The notes: generated from the letters alone by a model not told the origin. Shown: positions 11,952 to 23,735, numbered from the stretch's first letter. The stretch: 41,293 nucleotides of DNA from Holophagales bacterium (GCA_009837085.1 VXUF01000077.1:16186-57478); one strand, 5' to 3'. Numbers and translations are program-made.

Positions 11952-13433
11952 CTAGCCGGCCACCATCCGCAGTACCTTCTCCGCGACGGTGTACACCGCG
12001 AACGCGATGTACATCACCGAAGCGATGCTCACGAAGAAGATGTTGATCCAGCCGGGTCGCGCCGATTTCGGCAGCTTCGTCAGGTTCATGTACAGAAGCA
12101 GCGGCACGTAGACCGCCATGGCGAATCCGCCGATGAGCGCGGAGTAGAACAGGAAGTCGAGTCCCGCCGTCCCCCTTCTCTCGAAGAAGGCGACGCTGGC
12201 CGTTCCGACGACGATCGTCGCGCCCACCAGGACGAGATACCACTTCTCCAGGGAGAGCCGGCGCCCGAACTTGAAGCTGGTGTGGAGCATGTCCGCGAAG
12301 ATCCGGCTTCCGCCGTCCACGCCTCCCAGTTGCGAGCTGAACAGCGCGGCCATGCCGACGAAGAGGAACAGGTAGTGCCCGGAGGTCCCCATGCTCTCTT
12401 CCAGAATTCCGGCCAGATCCCACACGAGACTTCCGCGACTGGGAACGAGACCCTCGGGATGCAGTACCGCGAGCGAGCCGAAGATGAACAGGAACATCGT
12501 GAAGCTGCCCAGGATCCAGAAGCAGAAGACCTGATCGACCCACACGTACTTCATCCAGTCCCGGAAGCTCCGGCGGTTCTCTTCCGACTCGGGATAGACG
12601 TAGCCGGCGTCCATCTCCTTCACTTCGTGCTTGTGCGTCGGGCTCATGAGCGGCGGCATCCGCTGTCCCATGCCGATCTTCTTCTCGCGCAGGTAGTAGG
12701 CGTAGTAGAGATTGCCGAGGCCGCCCAATCCCGCGAAGACGACGGCGCCGAAGAACTGGCTGAAGGCGAATGGCGGGCGTGCTTCGCCGTCTACCGGAGG
12801 GATCTCGACGGGAAAGTCCGGGAAGCGCCCCACATTCAGTAGCCCGCGCCACATGTCACCGAAGAGATCCGCTGATCCGATCTCCCACACGACGTAGATC
12901 AGACCGACCACGATGATGGCGACCAGCCCCATGATGCAGCGTTCGACCGCGGTGTAGATGACCTTGGGTCCGAAGAGAATGGCCGCGATCACGGCGAAGA
13001 CGATGGCGGTCCACACCCACTCGGCCCAGAGCCACTCGGGGAGCCTCGTGTTCTCGACGCCGAAGATCAGGCTCCGGAGGGAGACGCCGGTCTCGCGAGC
13101 CCAACCCGGTAGGAACTTCCCGACGACGACGAGAAAGACCCAGAGATAGACGATGAGCTTGACGACGCGGACCATTCCAATCAGGGGGCTTTCGCCGGTG
13201 ACCACGGTCCAGCGTCCGACTTCGACGTTGATCCAGAGTTGGAGGAAGATCCCGATCGCGGCCGCCCAGATGAGTTCCGCTCCAACGATCGACGTGATCC
13301 ACGGCCACATGATCAGCTCGCCGGAGCCGATCGCGATGCCGGCCATGACGATGCCCGGGCCCATCATTCTCAGCAGCGCCGTCTTGCGCTTCGGCAGTTC
13401 AGACTGTTTCAGAGGCGGGACGGGTACGGGCAT
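11952..13433 (-). CDS. NRAMP/APC-superfamily-like transporter
   Basis: N-terminal GPGIVMAGIAIGSGELIMWP, EVGRWTVVTGES and about 11 hydrophobic helices. Confidence 0.75.
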   Translation of the reverse strand: MPVPVPPLKQSELPKRKTALLRMMGPGIVMAGIAIGSGELIMWPWITSIVGAELIWAAAIGIFLQLWINVEVGRWTVVTGESPLIGMVRVVKLIVYLWVFLVVVGKFLPGWARETGVSLRSLIFGVENTRLPEWLWAEWVWTAIVFAVIAAILFGPKVIYTAVERCIMGLVAIIVVGLIYVVWEIGSADLFGDMWRGLLNVGRFPDFPVEIPPVDGEARPPFAFSQFFGAVVFAGLGGLGNLYYAYYLREKKIGMGQRMPPLMSPTHKHEVKEMDAGYVYPESEENRRSFRDWMKYVWVDQVFCFWILGSFTMFLFIFGSLAVLHPEGLVPSRGSLVWDLAGILEESMGTSGHYLFLFVGMAALFSSQLGGVDGGSRIFADMLHTSFKFGRRLSLEKWYLVLVGATIVVGTASVAFFERRGTAGLDFLFYSALIGGFAMAVYVPLLLYMNLTKLPKSARPGWINIFFVSIASVMYIAFAVYTVAEKVLRMVAG

Positions 13434-13504
13434 GGGCGGGTCCTTCGAGTTCGGATGAGGGAGAGTCGTTGGGGTGGCGTGAGACCAGTGGCCGCGGGCC
13501 AGTC

Positions 13505-15271
13505 TCAGTTCACGGCATGTCGATTCGGCACGGTCACGGGCTGGCGGATGAGGGAGGTCACTCCGGTCGTCTCGTCGCGGATGCCGACGGCGACCTGGAA
13601 TCCGCCCTCCGGCAGGTTCATCGCGACTTCGACGCGGTAGCTGCCGTCGACGGCCGGCACGCCGGTCTCGCCGCCGACCGGGATCGTCTTCTGTCGAACG
13701 GTGGTTCGCGCCCCCTTCTCGTCCTCGACTGCGACCAGCCAGAGGCGGAGCTGGGCGCTGGTGTTCGTTGACACGCCATCCTTCCCGGGCAGGGTCACGA
13801 CGGACTCCGCCGGCACTCTGACGCCGACGGTCAGCTCGTGGGTCTTCTTCTCCAGCAGCTTGGTGTCGCCGAACTCGACGACCGCCTCGAGCGGATTCTC
13901 CGGGTTGCCGAGATACGCGACCGAGAGGAGGCGCTCGGCGAGCCGCTCGTCCAGCGACTTGTCGCGGTAGGTGCGCCGGTACTCGATCTTTCGGCCCTTG
14001 TCGGTACCGGGTGCGAGCAGCACGGAGATCTGCCGCACCTCGCCCAGCTTCCGCTCTTCGGGAACGAAACCCAGCGAGTATGAGGCCGCGAGTTCTTCGG
14101 TCATGTCGTCGAGGAGGATGGACAGGTCGTTCGCGTTGATCAGGGCCTTGCCGCCGGTTTCGTTGGCCAGCAGGTGGAGCCCGCTTTGCGCGTTCATCGC
14201 CTGCAGGCTGACGTTCTGGAACGAGGGCGCCAACCGGGGGTTGTCGAGCGCGATGTCGGGACCGGAACTGCGTACTCCGGCCGCGTCGATGCCGTAGAAC
14301 GTGACGCGGTTGGTATTGGCATGCGCGGTCACGCGGTTGAACCGGCTGCTTTCGTCATACTGCACCATCTCGGCCATCATCTCCGAGGGCGCCGACTGTC
14401 GCAGGTCCGCGCAGAGCTGGTTGCCGAGATAGTCGAGTACGGAGATACCCGGTCGTTGCGGGAGGCCGTCCGTCAGGTGGACGACGGCCTTCCTGCCGGC
14501 GATGCCGCCGAGGGTCGTAACCAGATCGGCGAGGCCGTCGACCGCGATCGCGGTGTTCGTGGCCTGGTTGTCCGCGTACTGTCGCGCCAGCACCAGTAGT
14601 TCTCCCCAGTTGTCTTCGCACGGCCGGCAAAGTGGTGCCATCACACAGGCCTCGTGCGAGTCGATCAGGCTCTTGATGGCGAAACGGCGAGCGCCGCTGC
14701 CGTGCTGAATCGCGCGCGGCGATCCCTTGGGGACACTCGCGGCCCCTTCGAGGATCGCGTCCAGGTCGCGGGTTTGTGGTACGAGCACTTCGAGACGGTC
14801 CTCGAACCGTGCGAGCATGAAGCTCGCACTCATGGACCGCCACGGTTCGACCGCGGCCTCCAACCGTTGCAGCAGGCGGGTGCGGTGTGACGGGAAGATG
14901 TTCGGGTCGTCCAGGTAGAAGACGACGGTGAGCGCACTTTCGTCGGTGCTGCCGAGGGTGCCTTCGCTGCGGACGATCGGGCGCTCCCTGTTTCGACGCC
15001 CGGCCCGTTCCTCGATGTAGATCGCCGACTCGTAGAAGTTCGCGATCTCGACCGACCGGCCGTCCACGTAGAGCTCGAAGTCCTCACGCGTCAGACCCTT
15101 GACCGGGCGGCCCTTCCTGTCGGTGACGACAACGTCGACCTCGACGACCTGGACGTCGACCGAGTCGACGAACGGCTGACCAGGCTGAGCTTTGAGGCCT
15201 TCCAGGCTGGCGAGACAGAGCGCCAGCACCAGAAACGGGATTCGTCCTCTCCTGCGGTCAGTCGATGTCAC
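13505..15271 (-). CDS. Secreted VWA-domain protein (acidobacterial VWFA-related type); start uncertain
   Basis: Signal-like N-terminus, then VEVDVVVTDRKGRPVKGLTREDFELY, GRKAVVHLTDG, LANETGG and YSLGF. The ORF is open to 15331. Confidence 0.8.
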   Translation of the reverse strand: MTSTDRRRGRIPFLVLALCLASLEGLKAQPGQPFVDSVDVQVVEVDVVVTDRKGRPVKGLTREDFELYVDGRSVEIANFYESAIYIEERAGRRNRERPIVRSEGTLGSTDESALTVVFYLDDPNIFPSHRTRLLQRLEAAVEPWRSMSASFMLARFEDRLEVLVPQTRDLDAILEGAASVPKGSPRAIQHGSGARRFAIKSLIDSHEACVMAPLCRPCEDNWGELLVLARQYADNQATNTAIAVDGLADLVTTLGGIAGRKAVVHLTDGLPQRPGISVLDYLGNQLCADLRQSAPSEMMAEMVQYDESSRFNRVTAHANTNRVTFYGIDAAGVRSSGPDIALDNPRLAPSFQNVSLQAMNAQSGLHLLANETGGKALINANDLSILLDDMTEELAASYSLGFVPEERKLGEVRQISVLLAPGTDKGRKIEYRRTYRDKSLDERLAERLLSVAYLGNPENPLEAVVEFGDTKLLEKKTHELTVGVRVPAESVVTLPGKDGVSTNTSAQLRLWLVAVEDEKGARTTVRQKTIPVGGETGVPAVDGSYRVEVAMNLPEGGFQVAVGIRDETTGVTSLIRQPVTVPNRHAVN

Positions 15272-15376
15272 GATCGCGCGTTTTTCGACCCTTTTCTGCC
15301 AGTTCGCCACATTGCCGGTGAAGAACAGCAAGCTTCGTGCCCGCTACCATAACGACTTGTTGCTGAGTAGGTCCCG

Positions 15377-16321
15377 ATGACGTCGCGCTCGTCCGCGGCG
15401 CTCCAGGCGGTCGTCGCCGGCATCCTCTTCTCGACCGGCGGCGCGGCGGTCAAGGCGACCGAACTCGACGCCTGGCAGGTGGCCGGGACACGCTCCCTGA
15501 TCGCGGCCGCCGTGCTGTTGATCGCGATTCCCGCGGCGCGGAGTTGGGCCGGCGGGACGGGCCTGTCGAGTTCCGCCGGTGCGGCGCCCTGGTGGCGCGA
15601 GCCGGCGCGGCGCCAGGCCCTTCTTCTCACCGTGGGCACCGGCTGCTGCTACTGCCTGACCCTCGTGCTGTTCGTCCACGCGGCCAAACGAACGACGGCC
15701 GCCGAGACGATCTTCCTGCAGTCGACGGCGCCGCTGTTCGTCCTGCTGCTCTCGCCTCTCCTGCTGCGGGAGCGACCGACCGCGCGCCAGCTTCTGTTCG
15801 TGCCGCTGTTCGGCGCGGGTCTGGTGATGGCTCTCTATGGCGGCGCCGACGCGGCTGCGTCCGCGCCCGATCCCCGCACCGGCAACGTTCTGGCCGTGTT
15901 CTGCGGACTGGCGTACGGCCTGACCCTGATGGGGCTGCGCGCCGCCGGCCGGCCGCGGCCCGAGGGGAGAAGTGCCTCTGCACCCGGGATAGCGGCTGCG
16001 GCGTGCGGCAACGTGATCGTTTGCCTCGCGTGCTTGCCGGCGATGTTCCCGTTCGGCTCCATCGAAGCGGCTGATCTCGTTGTCGTGGTGTATCTCGGGC
16101 TGTTCCAGGTCGCTCTTGCTTACGTGTTCGTGACGCGTGCCGCTCGCGCTTTGCAGGCTCCCGTCCTGGCCCTGCTGCTGCTGCTCGAGCCCGCGCTGAC
16201 TCCGTTCTGGGCGATGTGGTTTCACGGGGAGCAACCGCACCTGCTCACCTGGCTGGGGGGTGCGGTCATCGCGGCGGCGACGGTGCTGCTCGCGACGGTG
16301 GTGGGGGAGCCTGAGCGTTAG
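15377..16321 (+). CDS. EamA/DMT family transporter
   Basis: About 10 TM helices, LQSTAPLFVLLLSPLLLRERP and LLEPALTPFWAMWFHGEQP motifs. Confidence 0.88.
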   Translation: MTSRSSAALQAVVAGILFSTGGAAVKATELDAWQVAGTRSLIAAAVLLIAIPAARSWAGGTGLSSSAGAAPWWREPARRQALLLTVGTGCCYCLTLVLFVHAAKRTTAAETIFLQSTAPLFVLLLSPLLLRERPTARQLLFVPLFGAGLVMALYGGADAAASAPDPRTGNVLAVFCGLAYGLTLMGLRAAGRPRPEGRSASAPGIAAAACGNVIVCLACLPAMFPFGSIEAADLVVVVYLGLFQVALAYVFVTRAARALQAPVLALLLLLEPALTPFWAMWFHGEQPHLLTWLGGAVIAAATVLLATVVGEPER

Positions 16322-16340
16322 CGAGGGAGGGCCGGTCTGC

Positions 16341-16364
16341 TAAACAATCGTCCTTTGCGGCGTC
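16341..16364 (+). promoter_or_regulatory. Candidate ECF-type (autoregulatory) promoter TAAAC-N15-CGTC
   Basis: AAC and CGT elements directly upstream of the ECF sigma gene. The spacer is slightly short of typical. Confidence 0.35.
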
Positions 16365-16429
16365 TTCACCACTGAACCCATCCGGGCGCCGGCGTCGAGC
16401 CGGCGCAGCCGGAGCCAAGGAGACGCCGT

Positions 16430-17092
16430 TTGACGATTGCAAGCGTTTCGATGACCGAAGGGCCGCCCGCAGTGCCTCCCGCCACGCCGGACGCCGTCGT
16501 GGACGGGCTGCAGGGCCTCTTCGAGGAGCACCACCGGCTGATCTTCCACACGGCCTACCGCGTCACGGGCAACGCGTCCGACGCGGAGGACGTGCTGCAG
16601 ACGATCTTCCTGCGGCTGCTCAACCGGCCGCCGGAGTCGCTCGACACCGCGAAGGCCGGCGGCTACCTGCGGCGGGCGGCGATCAACGCCTCGCTCGACC
16701 TGCTCCGTTCACGCAAGCGCTCGCGCCTCGTGGCGCTGGACCAGCAGGTCCTCGAGGAAGTGGGACCGTCCTCCGCGGTGGAGAGCGATCCGGTGCGGCG
16801 CTTCGCCTCGCTGGAGCTGCGCGATCGGTTGCGGCGCGAGCTGGCCAACGTGAACCCGCGCGCGGCCGAGATGTTCGTGCTCCGCTACTTCGAGGGTTAC
16901 CGCAACTCGGAGATCGGGCCGATGCTGGGAACGTCGCGCATGACCGTGGCGGTGACGTTGCACCGGCTGCGCAAGCGCCTGGCGGCGGCGCTCGCTGAAG
17001 AGGACGCGGCGGGCGCCGCGGCCGGAGGGTTGGAACAGGAAGGCCGGAAAGACCCGGAAGACCAGGTAGAAACGCGGAGGGTGCCGCAATGA
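16430..17092 (+). CDS. ECF-family RNA polymerase sigma factor
   Basis: Region 2 (DAEDVLQTIFL, YLRRAAINASLDLLR) and region 4 (FVLRYFEGYRNSEIG...LHRLRKRL). AAGGAG lies 7 nt before the TTG at 16430. Confidence 0.93.
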   Translation: MTIASVSMTEGPPAVPPATPDAVVDGLQGLFEEHHRLIFHTAYRVTGNASDAEDVLQTIFLRLLNRPPESLDTAKAGGYLRRAAINASLDLLRSRKRSRLVALDQQVLEEVGPSSAVESDPVRRFASLELRDRLRRELANVNPRAAEMFVLRYFEGYRNSEIGPMLGTSRMTVAVTLHRLRKRLAAALAEEDAAGAAAGGLEQEGRKDPEDQVETRRVPQ

Positions 17093-19998
17093 GCGACCGC
17101 AACCAGATGAACCAGACTCTGATCGAGACCGCCCAGGCGATCGCCGCGGAGCGGCCGGCCGCCGATGTCGAGGCCGCCGCGGCCGAGCGCGTGCGACAGG
17201 CCCTGGCCGCCGCGGCCGTCGGGACCGAGACGCTCGAAGCCAGTATCGACGCGAACTCGACGCTGACCTCCTGCGCCGACTACCAGGCGCGGATGCCGGC
17301 CCTGGTCGCGGGCACGCTGCCGGAGGCGCAGCGCCTTCTGGTGGAGGACCACGCGCGCGAGTGCATCCCCTGTCGCAAGCATCTGCAGGCGGTGCGGGCC
17401 GGCCGCGCGGTGTCCGATGCTGCCGGGCCCGCAGCGCCGGCGCGGGTCGGCCGCTACTACGCGGCCGCAGCGGCGATGGTCGGCGTCGCCGTGGCGGGCG
17501 TCTGGCTCAGCCAGCGCGTGCTGCTGCCGCCTCAGGACGGCATCGTGCAGGTCCGGAGCGTCGATGGCCGGATGTTCGTGGCCGGTGACGCTCGCGGAGC
17601 GGATCCCGTCCCCCTCGGCCCCGGCGACGCGGTCGACGGCGGCGATCGCATTCGCACCGGCGCAGGCAGCCGCGCGGTGCTCGAGCTCGCGGACGGTTCC
17701 CGGGTCGAGGCCGCGGGACTCACGACGTTCCGCGTCGATGCCCGGCGCAGCGGCCATCGCGTGCGCGTCGACCGCGGCAGCGTGATCGTCCAGGCCGCTC
17801 AGCAGGAGGACGGTTCGCTGATCGTGTCGACCGAGGAGATGCTGGTGGCGGTCAAGGGCACGATCTTCGCCGTCACGCACGGCGTCAAGGGGTCGCGGGT
17901 GTCGGTGATCGAGGGCGAGGTCGAGGTCGAGAAGGGCCGCGAGCGCCACAGCCTGCTGGCCGGCGACCAGTTCCGCAGCCGTCCGACCCTGGTGGCGATG
18001 ACGCTGCAGGAGGAAGTCGGCTGGAGCCAGGACGCGGATCGCTACCTCGCCCTGCTCGAGGAGTTCAAGTCGCTGCGCAGCGAACTGAACCAGCTGATGG
18101 GGGCGGCGCCGGCGCGCCACTCGACCCGTCTGCTCGATTTGATGCCGGCCGACACGAAGATCTATGTGGCGATGCCGAACGCCCCGGCGACGCTGAGCGA
18201 TCTGTTCGCACTCGTGCGGTCGCGCGCCGAGGCGAGCGGCCTGTTCGCCGAGTGGTGGGCCGAGTTCGAGGCCTCCGGCGCCGTCGGAACGATCGACGAC
18301 GTGATCGGGTTGCTGGGCGAGCTCGGTGAGACGATGGGCGACGAGACGGTGGTCGCGCTCGCCGGCGGCATCGCCGACAACACGGCCCGTCCCCTGATGG
18401 TCACGGAAGTCTCGGACGCCGCGGCCCTGCGCGAGGCGCTTGAGGGACACCTGGAGGAGTTGGGCGATGCGATGGGCGACGAGGGCACGCCGGTCATCGT
18501 CGAGGATCTCGATGCGGCGGAAGAGTCGGACGGCGTGCTCCTGGTCTGGATCGCCGACGACCTCGCCGCGGCCTCCCCTTCCCTCGTCGCGCTTCGCACG
18601 GTGGCGGCACACCGGGACGGAGCCGCCAACCCGTTCGTCGGCTCGCGTCTGCACGGCCGGCTCGCGGAGCGCTACGCCGCCGGCGCGGAACTGCTGGCCG
18701 CGGTCGAACTGGCGACGGTCGTGACGGAACTGGCGGACAGCGAGGATGCGGACGACGCGGACGCCAACGGCTTCGCATTCAGCGGGCTCGATCACGTCGA
18801 GGACATGGTCGCTTCCCGGACTCAGGACGGTGACCGGGCGAACGTCACCGCGACCCTGAGCTTCGACGGCGAGCGGTCCGGGATGGTCTCCTGGCTGTCG
18901 GAGCCGGGAACCAACGGCGCCCTCGACTTCTTCTCTCCCGACGCGTCGTTCGTGACCGCCGGCGTGATCGAGGATCCGCTGACGATCTACGACGAGTTCC
19001 TGGAGTTCATCGCCGGGCTGGGCGGGGAGATGGACGGGCCGCCGGCCGAGATCGAGAGCGAACTGGGCATGTCGATTCGCACGGATTTCCTCGAGCACCT
19101 TGGCGGTGAGTATGCGGCCGGCATCGACGGCCCCGTATTGCCGACGCCGACGTGGAAGGCGGTGGCGTCCGTCTACAATGCGGAGGGTCTGCAGAGTTCC
19201 ATCGAGACTCTGATCGAGAAGGCGAACGACCGGCTGGCGGCCGAGGGCGTGGGCGCGGCGGCCACGCTCGAGGAGCAGCAGTCGGGTGGTCGCACGGTCT
19301 ACCGTCTGGCGGTCGCGATCGATGACGGCGATGAAGACGGCGAGGATTCGAGCGGCGAGGACGAGGACTCCCTGGAGGGAGTGCTCGAGAGCCTGGTGGA
19401 AACTCCCGAGATCTTCTACACGTACTTTGATGGGTACATGGTGAGTGCCTCCAGCGTGGCAACGATCGACACGGCGATCCGGTACCGCGGCAGCGGCGCC
19501 TCGCTGACCTCGAGCCAGCAGTTTCTCGATCTGCTGCCCGAGAACGGATACGCGGACTTTTCGGCGGTCGTCTACAACCGGCTCGCCGAGACGGCCGGCC
19601 AACTCTTCGACCTGCTGCCGACGGAGGTCGTGGGTGACGACCAGCAGGCCGTCGTTCAGGCGATCGAGGAGTCGATCAGCAGCCAGGGACCGTCTCTCTA
19701 CACGGTGTACGCGGGCCGTAGCGAGATCGTCGTGACCTCCAGCGGTCCGAGCCTGCTGGCCTTCAGCGGGCTTGGTCCGTTGCTCGGACTTCCCAATCTT
19801 CTCCAGGGCCTGGATTCGATCGACGGCGCCGCGGAGCCGGAACCGGAGGCGGAGACTGGTCCCGATGTCGATGTCGCCGGCCTGGCGGCCGGCGCCTTGT
19901 TCTCCGCGGGTCAGAAGACCCGCGGTCACATGCCTGCGGCGGCAGCCGGCGGGGACGCCGGCGCACCCAGTGAAAGAAACCTACGGCCCGCCGCCTGA
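17089..19998 (+). CDS. Large anti-sigma factor: zinc-binding (HxxxCxxC) domain, TM helix, FecR-like domain and a long acidic extracytoplasmic domain
   Basis: HARECIPC motif, [17 protein letters not shown] and FecR-like LELADGSRV / [10 protein letters not shown] / [10 protein letters not shown]. Overlaps the sigma stop (ATGA). Confidence 0.85.
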   Translation: MSDRNQMNQTLIETAQAIAAERPAADVEAAAAERVRQALAAAAVGTETLEASIDANSTLTSCADYQARMPALVAGTLPEAQRLLVEDHARECIPCRKHLQAVRAGRAVSDAAGPAAPARVGRYYAAAAAMVGVAVAGVWLSQRVLLPPQDGIVQVRSVDGRMFVAGDARGADPVPLGPGDAVDGGDRIRTGAGSRAVLELADGSRVEAAGLTTFRVDARRSGHRVRVDRGSVIVQAAQQEDGSLIVSTEEMLVAVKGTIFAVTHGVKGSRVSVIEGEVEVEKGRERHSLLAGDQFRSRPTLVAMTLQEEVGWSQDADRYLALLEEFKSLRSELNQLMGAAPARHSTRLLDLMPADTKIYVAMPNAPATLSDLFALVRSRAEASGLFAEWWAEFEASGAVGTIDDVIGLLGELGETMGDETVVALAGGIADNTARPLMVTEVSDAAALREALEGHLEELGDAMGDEGTPVIVEDLDAAEESDGVLLVWIADDLAAASPSLVALRTVAAHRDGAANPFVGSRLHGRLAERYAAGAELLAAVELATVVTELADSEDADDADANGFAFSGLDHVEDMVASRTQDGDRANVTATLSFDGERSGMVSWLSEPGTNGALDFFSPDASFVTAGVIEDPLTIYDEFLEFIAGLGGEMDGPPAEIESELGMSIRTDFLEHLGGEYAAGIDGPVLPTPTWKAVASVYNAEGLQSSIETLIEKANDRLAAEGVGAAATLEEQQSGGRTVYRLAVAIDDGDEDGEDSSGEDEDSLEGVLESLVETPEIFYTYFDGYMVSASSVATIDTAIRYRGSGASLTSSQQFLDLLPENGYADFSAVVYNRLAETAGQLFDLLPTEVVGDDQQAVVQAIEESISSQGPSLYTVYAGRSEIVVTSSGPSLLAFSGLGPLLGLPNLLQGLDSIDGAAEPEPEAETGPDVDVAGLAAGALFSAGQKTRGHMPAAAAGGDAGAPSERNLRPAA
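19875..19972 (-). repeat. Cluster of REP-like hairpins inside the 3' end of the anti-sigma gene
   Basis: Hairpins CGCCGGCC/GGCCGGCG (19875-19894) and CCGCGGGTC/GACCCGCGG (19904-19925). Reverse copy of CACTGGGTGCGCCGGCGTCCCCGCCGGC at 19945-19972. Confidence 0.75.
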
Positions 19999-20948
19999 TG
20001 AGTGAGGCGGCGCCGGTCATCGACCTCGACGGTCTCGGGGTTCGATTCGGCCGGCACCAGGTGCTGGACGATCTGCGCGGCGCCTTCTCGGGCCGCGCGA
20101 TCGGCCTGCTCGGGCCCAATGGCGCCGGCAAGACGACGCTGCTGAACACGCTGCTCGGCTTCTACCGGCCGACCGCCGGCACGGCACGCCTGTTCGGCAT
20201 GGACATCACGGCCCAGGGCCGGGAACTACGGCGCCGCGTTGGCTACATGCCCGAGCGGGACGCCTTCATCGCCGGCATCTCCGGCGTCCGCTTCGTGCGG
20301 CTCATGGCGGAGGTTTCCGGGCTGCCACCCGAGGCCGCCCTCGAACGCGCGCACGAGGTGTTCTTCTACGTCGGCCTGGGCGAGGCGCGGTACCGCAACG
20401 TGGAGACCTACTCGCTGGGCATGAAGCAGTTGCTCAAGCTGGCCCAGGCGATCGCCCACGGTCCGAGTCTCCTCTTCCTCGACGAGCCGACGAACGGTCT
20501 CGACCCGCCGGCCCGCCTGCGCATGCTGCGGCTGATCCGGGAGATCCGGGACTCCGGCAAGGCGCGGATCGTCGTCTCGTCACACTTGCTCCGGGACGTC
20601 GAGGAGTGCTGCGAGGAGGTGCTGGTCCTGAACCGCGGCAGGATCGCGACCTACTGCAACCTGGCCGAAGAGCGGCGCGCCAACCGCCGGTTCCTCGAGC
20701 TCGACCTCGCTGCCGAGCGCGAGGGAGCGGGGAGCGGCTTCCGGGCGGCGATCGAGGGGCTCGGCTGCGAGGTGGCGGTGGTCAACCGTCGCCGGATCAA
20801 GGCCGTGCTGCCGCCGGGGGTCGAGGTGCGCCACATCTACGCCTCGGCGATCGAGCAGGACGTGACGATTCGCCGCCTGGACTACAAGCGCACTTCGCTG
20901 GAGGACATCTTCCTCCAGGCGATGGAGGGCGACGATGGCCGTCTATGA
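19998..20948 (+). CDS. ABC transporter ATP-binding protein
   Basis: Walker A GPNGAGKT, signature YSLGMKQ, Walker [12 protein letters not shown] and H-loop SSH. Confidence 0.95.
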   Translation: MSEAAPVIDLDGLGVRFGRHQVLDDLRGAFSGRAIGLLGPNGAGKTTLLNTLLGFYRPTAGTARLFGMDITAQGRELRRRVGYMPERDAFIAGISGVRFVRLMAEVSGLPPEAALERAHEVFFYVGLGEARYRNVETYSLGMKQLLKLAQAIAHGPSLLFLDEPTNGLDPPARLRMLRLIREIRDSGKARIVVSSHLLRDVEECCEEVLVLNRGRIATYCNLAEERRANRRFLELDLAAEREGAGSGFRAAIEGLGCEVAVVNRRRIKAVLPPGVEVRHIYASAIEQDVTIRRLDYKRTSLEDIFLQAMEGDDGRL

Positions 20949-21807
20949 CCACGGCTACAAGGGCTACGACGGTCCGCTGATGCCGGCCCGGAGCCGGTTC
21001 CTCGTCATCAGCCGCTACGGCCTGCGCGAGGTCTTCGCGTCGCGGCTGTTCCTGGCCTTCTTCGCCTTCTGCTTCGCCTGGCCGCTGGTGCTGCTCGGCG
21101 CCATGTACCTGCGCTACAACGCGGAGGCGATGACCCTGATCAACCTCGATTCGGCCGACCTGCTCGAGTTCGTCCAAGTCAACACCTGGTTCTTCCAGAA
21201 CCTCTTCCTGCGCGTCCAGTTGTACCTGGCGTTCATCGTCGTGCTCGTGGTCGGGCCTTCGTTGGTGTCGGCGGACCTGCGCAACCGGGCGATGCCGCTC
21301 TACCTCTCGCGGCCGCTGACGCGGACCGACTACGTTCTCGGCAAGCTCGTCGTGCTAGGGGTCCTCGTTTCGGCGATCACCTGGGCGCCGGGGCTGCTCC
21401 TGTTCGCGATCCAGGCGTCGCTCGGCGGACGCGAGTGGCTGCTGGAGAACTGGCGGGTCGCGCCGTCGATGGTGGTCGTGTCGGTCGTGTGGCTGCTCTG
21501 CATGTCGCTGCCGATGCTGGCGATCGCGGCCTGGGTGAAGTGGAAGCCCTGGGCGCGGATCGTGTTCATGGGCGCGATCCTGACGGGCACGGCCTTCGGC
21601 CAGTTCTACAAGGAGTTCTACGACTCCTGGCTGGGCAGCATGGTCGTGGCGTTCGACGTGACGGACGCGCTCTCCGCCTCCGTCTTCGGCACACAGGGAA
21701 CGGTGCAGATGCCGGAGGCGGCCGCCTGGCTCGCGGCGGCCGCCCTGGCCTCGCTGTCGGCGGCCCTGCTGTACCGGCGCGTGCGCGCCTTCGAGGTCGT
21801 CAAGTGA
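20935..21807 (+). CDS. ABC-2 type transporter permease
   Basis: Six TM helices and the [17 protein letters not shown] motif. Confidence 0.88.
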   Translation: MAVYDHGYKGYDGPLMPARSRFLVISRYGLREVFASRLFLAFFAFCFAWPLVLLGAMYLRYNAEAMTLINLDSADLLEFVQVNTWFFQNLFLRVQLYLAFIVVLVVGPSLVSADLRNRAMPLYLSRPLTRTDYVLGKLVVLGVLVSAITWAPGLLLFAIQASLGGREWLLENWRVAPSMVVVSVVWLLCMSLPMLAIAAWVKWKPWARIVFMGAILTGTAFGQFYKEFYDSWLGSMVVAFDVTDALSASVFGTQGTVQMPEAAAWLAAAALASLSAALLYRRVRAFEVVK

Positions 21808-22760
21808 GTGACGATCGCAACATCGTGATCCGCGACGTCTCGAAGTTCTACGGTGACGTGCTCGGCGTCAACCGGGTCGACCTGGAGATCGAGCCCGGGA
21901 TCACCAGCCTGGTGGGCCCGAACGGGTCCGGGAAGAGCACGCTGATGAATCTGCTCGCCGGCCTGCTGCGACCGACGCGGGGCGAGATCAGCATTCTCGG
22001 CTTTCCGGTCACCAGGCCGCAGGATCTGTTCCGCCGCTTCGGCTACTGCACCCAGTACGACTCCTTCCCGCGCGGCGCCACCGGCTGGCAGTTCGTCTTC
22101 TCCTACCTCCTGCTGCACGGCCTCGATCGCGGAGAGGCGGAGCGCCTGACCGCCCGGGCGCTGGAACGGGTCGGCCTCGTCGACTCGGCGCACCGGAGGA
22201 TCGCGGGCTACAGCAAGGGCATGCGACAGAGGATCAAGCTGGCGCAGGCGATCGCGCACGGGCCCCAGGTCATGGTGCTCGACGAGCCGCTCAACGGTCT
22301 CGATCCGATGGTCCGAGCCGAGACGATCGAGCTCTTCCGCCAACTGGCCGGCGAGGGCCAGCACGTGCTCATCTCGAGCCACATCCTGCACGAGGTCGAC
22401 CTGCTCTCGGACCGCGTGATCCTGATCTCGAACGGCTACATCGTCGCGGAAGGCGAGGTGCCCGGGATGCGGGCGGAAGTCGAGGAGGTGCGCGAGCAGC
22501 CGCTGCAGGTGTTCGTACGCTGCGATCGCCCGCAGTGGCTCGCCGGCCGCGCTTTCGAGCTCGACCACGTCACCGAGGTCCAGCTTCACGACGACGGTGG
22601 CGGCCTTCACCTGCGCACCCGGGACGCGGACCGCTTCCTGCGCCTGGTCGCCGAACTCGTCGCCGAAGGCGGCGTGGAAGTCGAAGCGGTGGGCCCGGCG
22701 GACAGCGACCTCCAGGCCGTGTACCGCTACCTGGTTCACGAAGACGAGGAGCCGTCGTGA
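21804..22760 (+). CDS. ABC transporter ATP-binding protein
   Basis: [27 protein letters not shown] and SSH motifs. GTG start overlaps the upstream stop. Confidence 0.95.
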   Translation: MSDDRNIVIRDVSKFYGDVLGVNRVDLEIEPGITSLVGPNGSGKSTLMNLLAGLLRPTRGEISILGFPVTRPQDLFRRFGYCTQYDSFPRGATGWQFVFSYLLLHGLDRGEAERLTARALERVGLVDSAHRRIAGYSKGMRQRIKLAQAIAHGPQVMVLDEPLNGLDPMVRAETIELFRQLAGEGQHVLISSHILHEVDLLSDRVILISNGYIVAEGEVPGMRAEVEEVREQPLQVFVRCDRPQWLAGRAFELDHVTEVQLHDDGGGLHLRTRDADRFLRLVAELVAEGGVEVEAVGPADSDLQAVYRYLVHEDEEPS

Positions 22761-23611
22761 CGGTGGCCCAGGAGACGGCGGCGCGGACGCGCATCGACTG
22801 GGCGCTGCTGGCCCGGCAGGTCGGCGGACTCCTGCGGCTGGAGCTGCGCCGTCTGCTGCTGACCCGCAGGGCGGTGATCCTGGGGTTCGCGTCGGCGGTT
22901 CCGGTGGCGATCGTCCTGCTGGTCGGCTCGATACCGATCAGCGGCCAGACGGTGCTGGAGCGGTTCGGCAACCGGATCGTCTACGAGACGATCTTCGAGA
23001 CGGTCTTCCTGGGCGCGATCCTCTTCTTCGGTTGCCTGTACGTTTTCTTCAACCTGTTCCGCGGCGAGATCCTGGAGCGCAGCCTGCACTACCTCCTGCT
23101 GACGCCGCTTCGCCGCGAACTGGTCGTGGCGGCCAAGTACGCGGCCGCGGTAGCCGCCGTGGCGGTGCTGTTCATGGCCAGCATCGTGTTCAGCTACCTG
23201 CTGATCTACCTGCCCGTGGGCTTCTCGGGTGCGATCGAGGATCTGACCTCCGGCCCAGGCGGGCGGCACCTCGTGGCCTACCTGGGCGTGACCCTGCTCG
23301 CCTGCATCGGCTACGGCTCGCTGTTCACGCTGGTCGGCATGGTGTTCCGGAACCCGATCATCCCGGCCGGCGCCCTGTATGTGTGGGAGATGCTGCACTT
23401 CCTGTTGCCGCCGGCGCTCAAGAAGCTCAGCGTGATCCACTACCTGAAGGGCCTGCTGCCGGTGCCGCTCTCCGACGGCCCGTTCGCCGTGGTCGTCGAA
23501 CCGCCGCCGCCGGCCGTCTCCGTCCTCGGCCTGCTCGCCTTCGCCGCCGTCGTGCTTGCCGTGACCGCCCTGATCATTCGCCGCATGGAGATCCGGTACA
23601 CCGAGGACTGA
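22757..23611 (+). CDS. ABC-2 type transporter permease
   Basis: Six TM helices and the [19 protein letters not shown] motif. Confidence 0.88.
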   Translation: MTVAQETAARTRIDWALLARQVGGLLRLELRRLLLTRRAVILGFASAVPVAIVLLVGSIPISGQTVLERFGNRIVYETIFETVFLGAILFFGCLYVFFNLFRGEILERSLHYLLLTPLRRELVVAAKYAAAVAAVAVLFMASIVFSYLLIYLPVGFSGAIEDLTSGPGGRHLVAYLGVTLLACIGYGSLFTLVGMVFRNPIIPAGALYVWEMLHFLLPPALKKLSVIHYLKGLLPVPLSDGPFAVVVEPPPPAVSVLGLLAFAAVVLAVTALIIRRMEIRYTED

Positions 23612-23612
23612 C

Positions 23613-23735
23613 ACGGCCGCTACACACTGGGTGCGCCGGCGTGTCATCCGTGCGCCCGATGACTGGCGCACGGACTGTGACGCGTGTGGCGCGGACCGCG
23701 CCACACGGGTTCCCGCCGGCATCGGACGCGATGCC
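23613..23735 (+). repeat. Expanded REP-like element with two perfect hairpins inserted in its loop
   Basis: CACACTGGGTGCGCCGGCGT...CCCGCCGGCATC ends match the other copies. Internal stems at 23647-23656/23665-23674 and 23683-23693/23697-23707. Confidence 0.75.

Noticed and set aside
13480-13507. TGAGAC...GTCTCA hairpin between the VWA gene and the transporter as a metal riboswitch
   Set aside because: The intergenic space is only about 70 nt and I recognise no yybP-ykoY or other aptamer consensus. It is probably a simple stem-loop.
16897-19929. 1010-aa ORF on the minus strand, and many other long overlapping ORFs in the track
   Set aside because: Antisense or alternate-frame shadows of well-supported genes in high-GC DNA, with no recognisable motifs.
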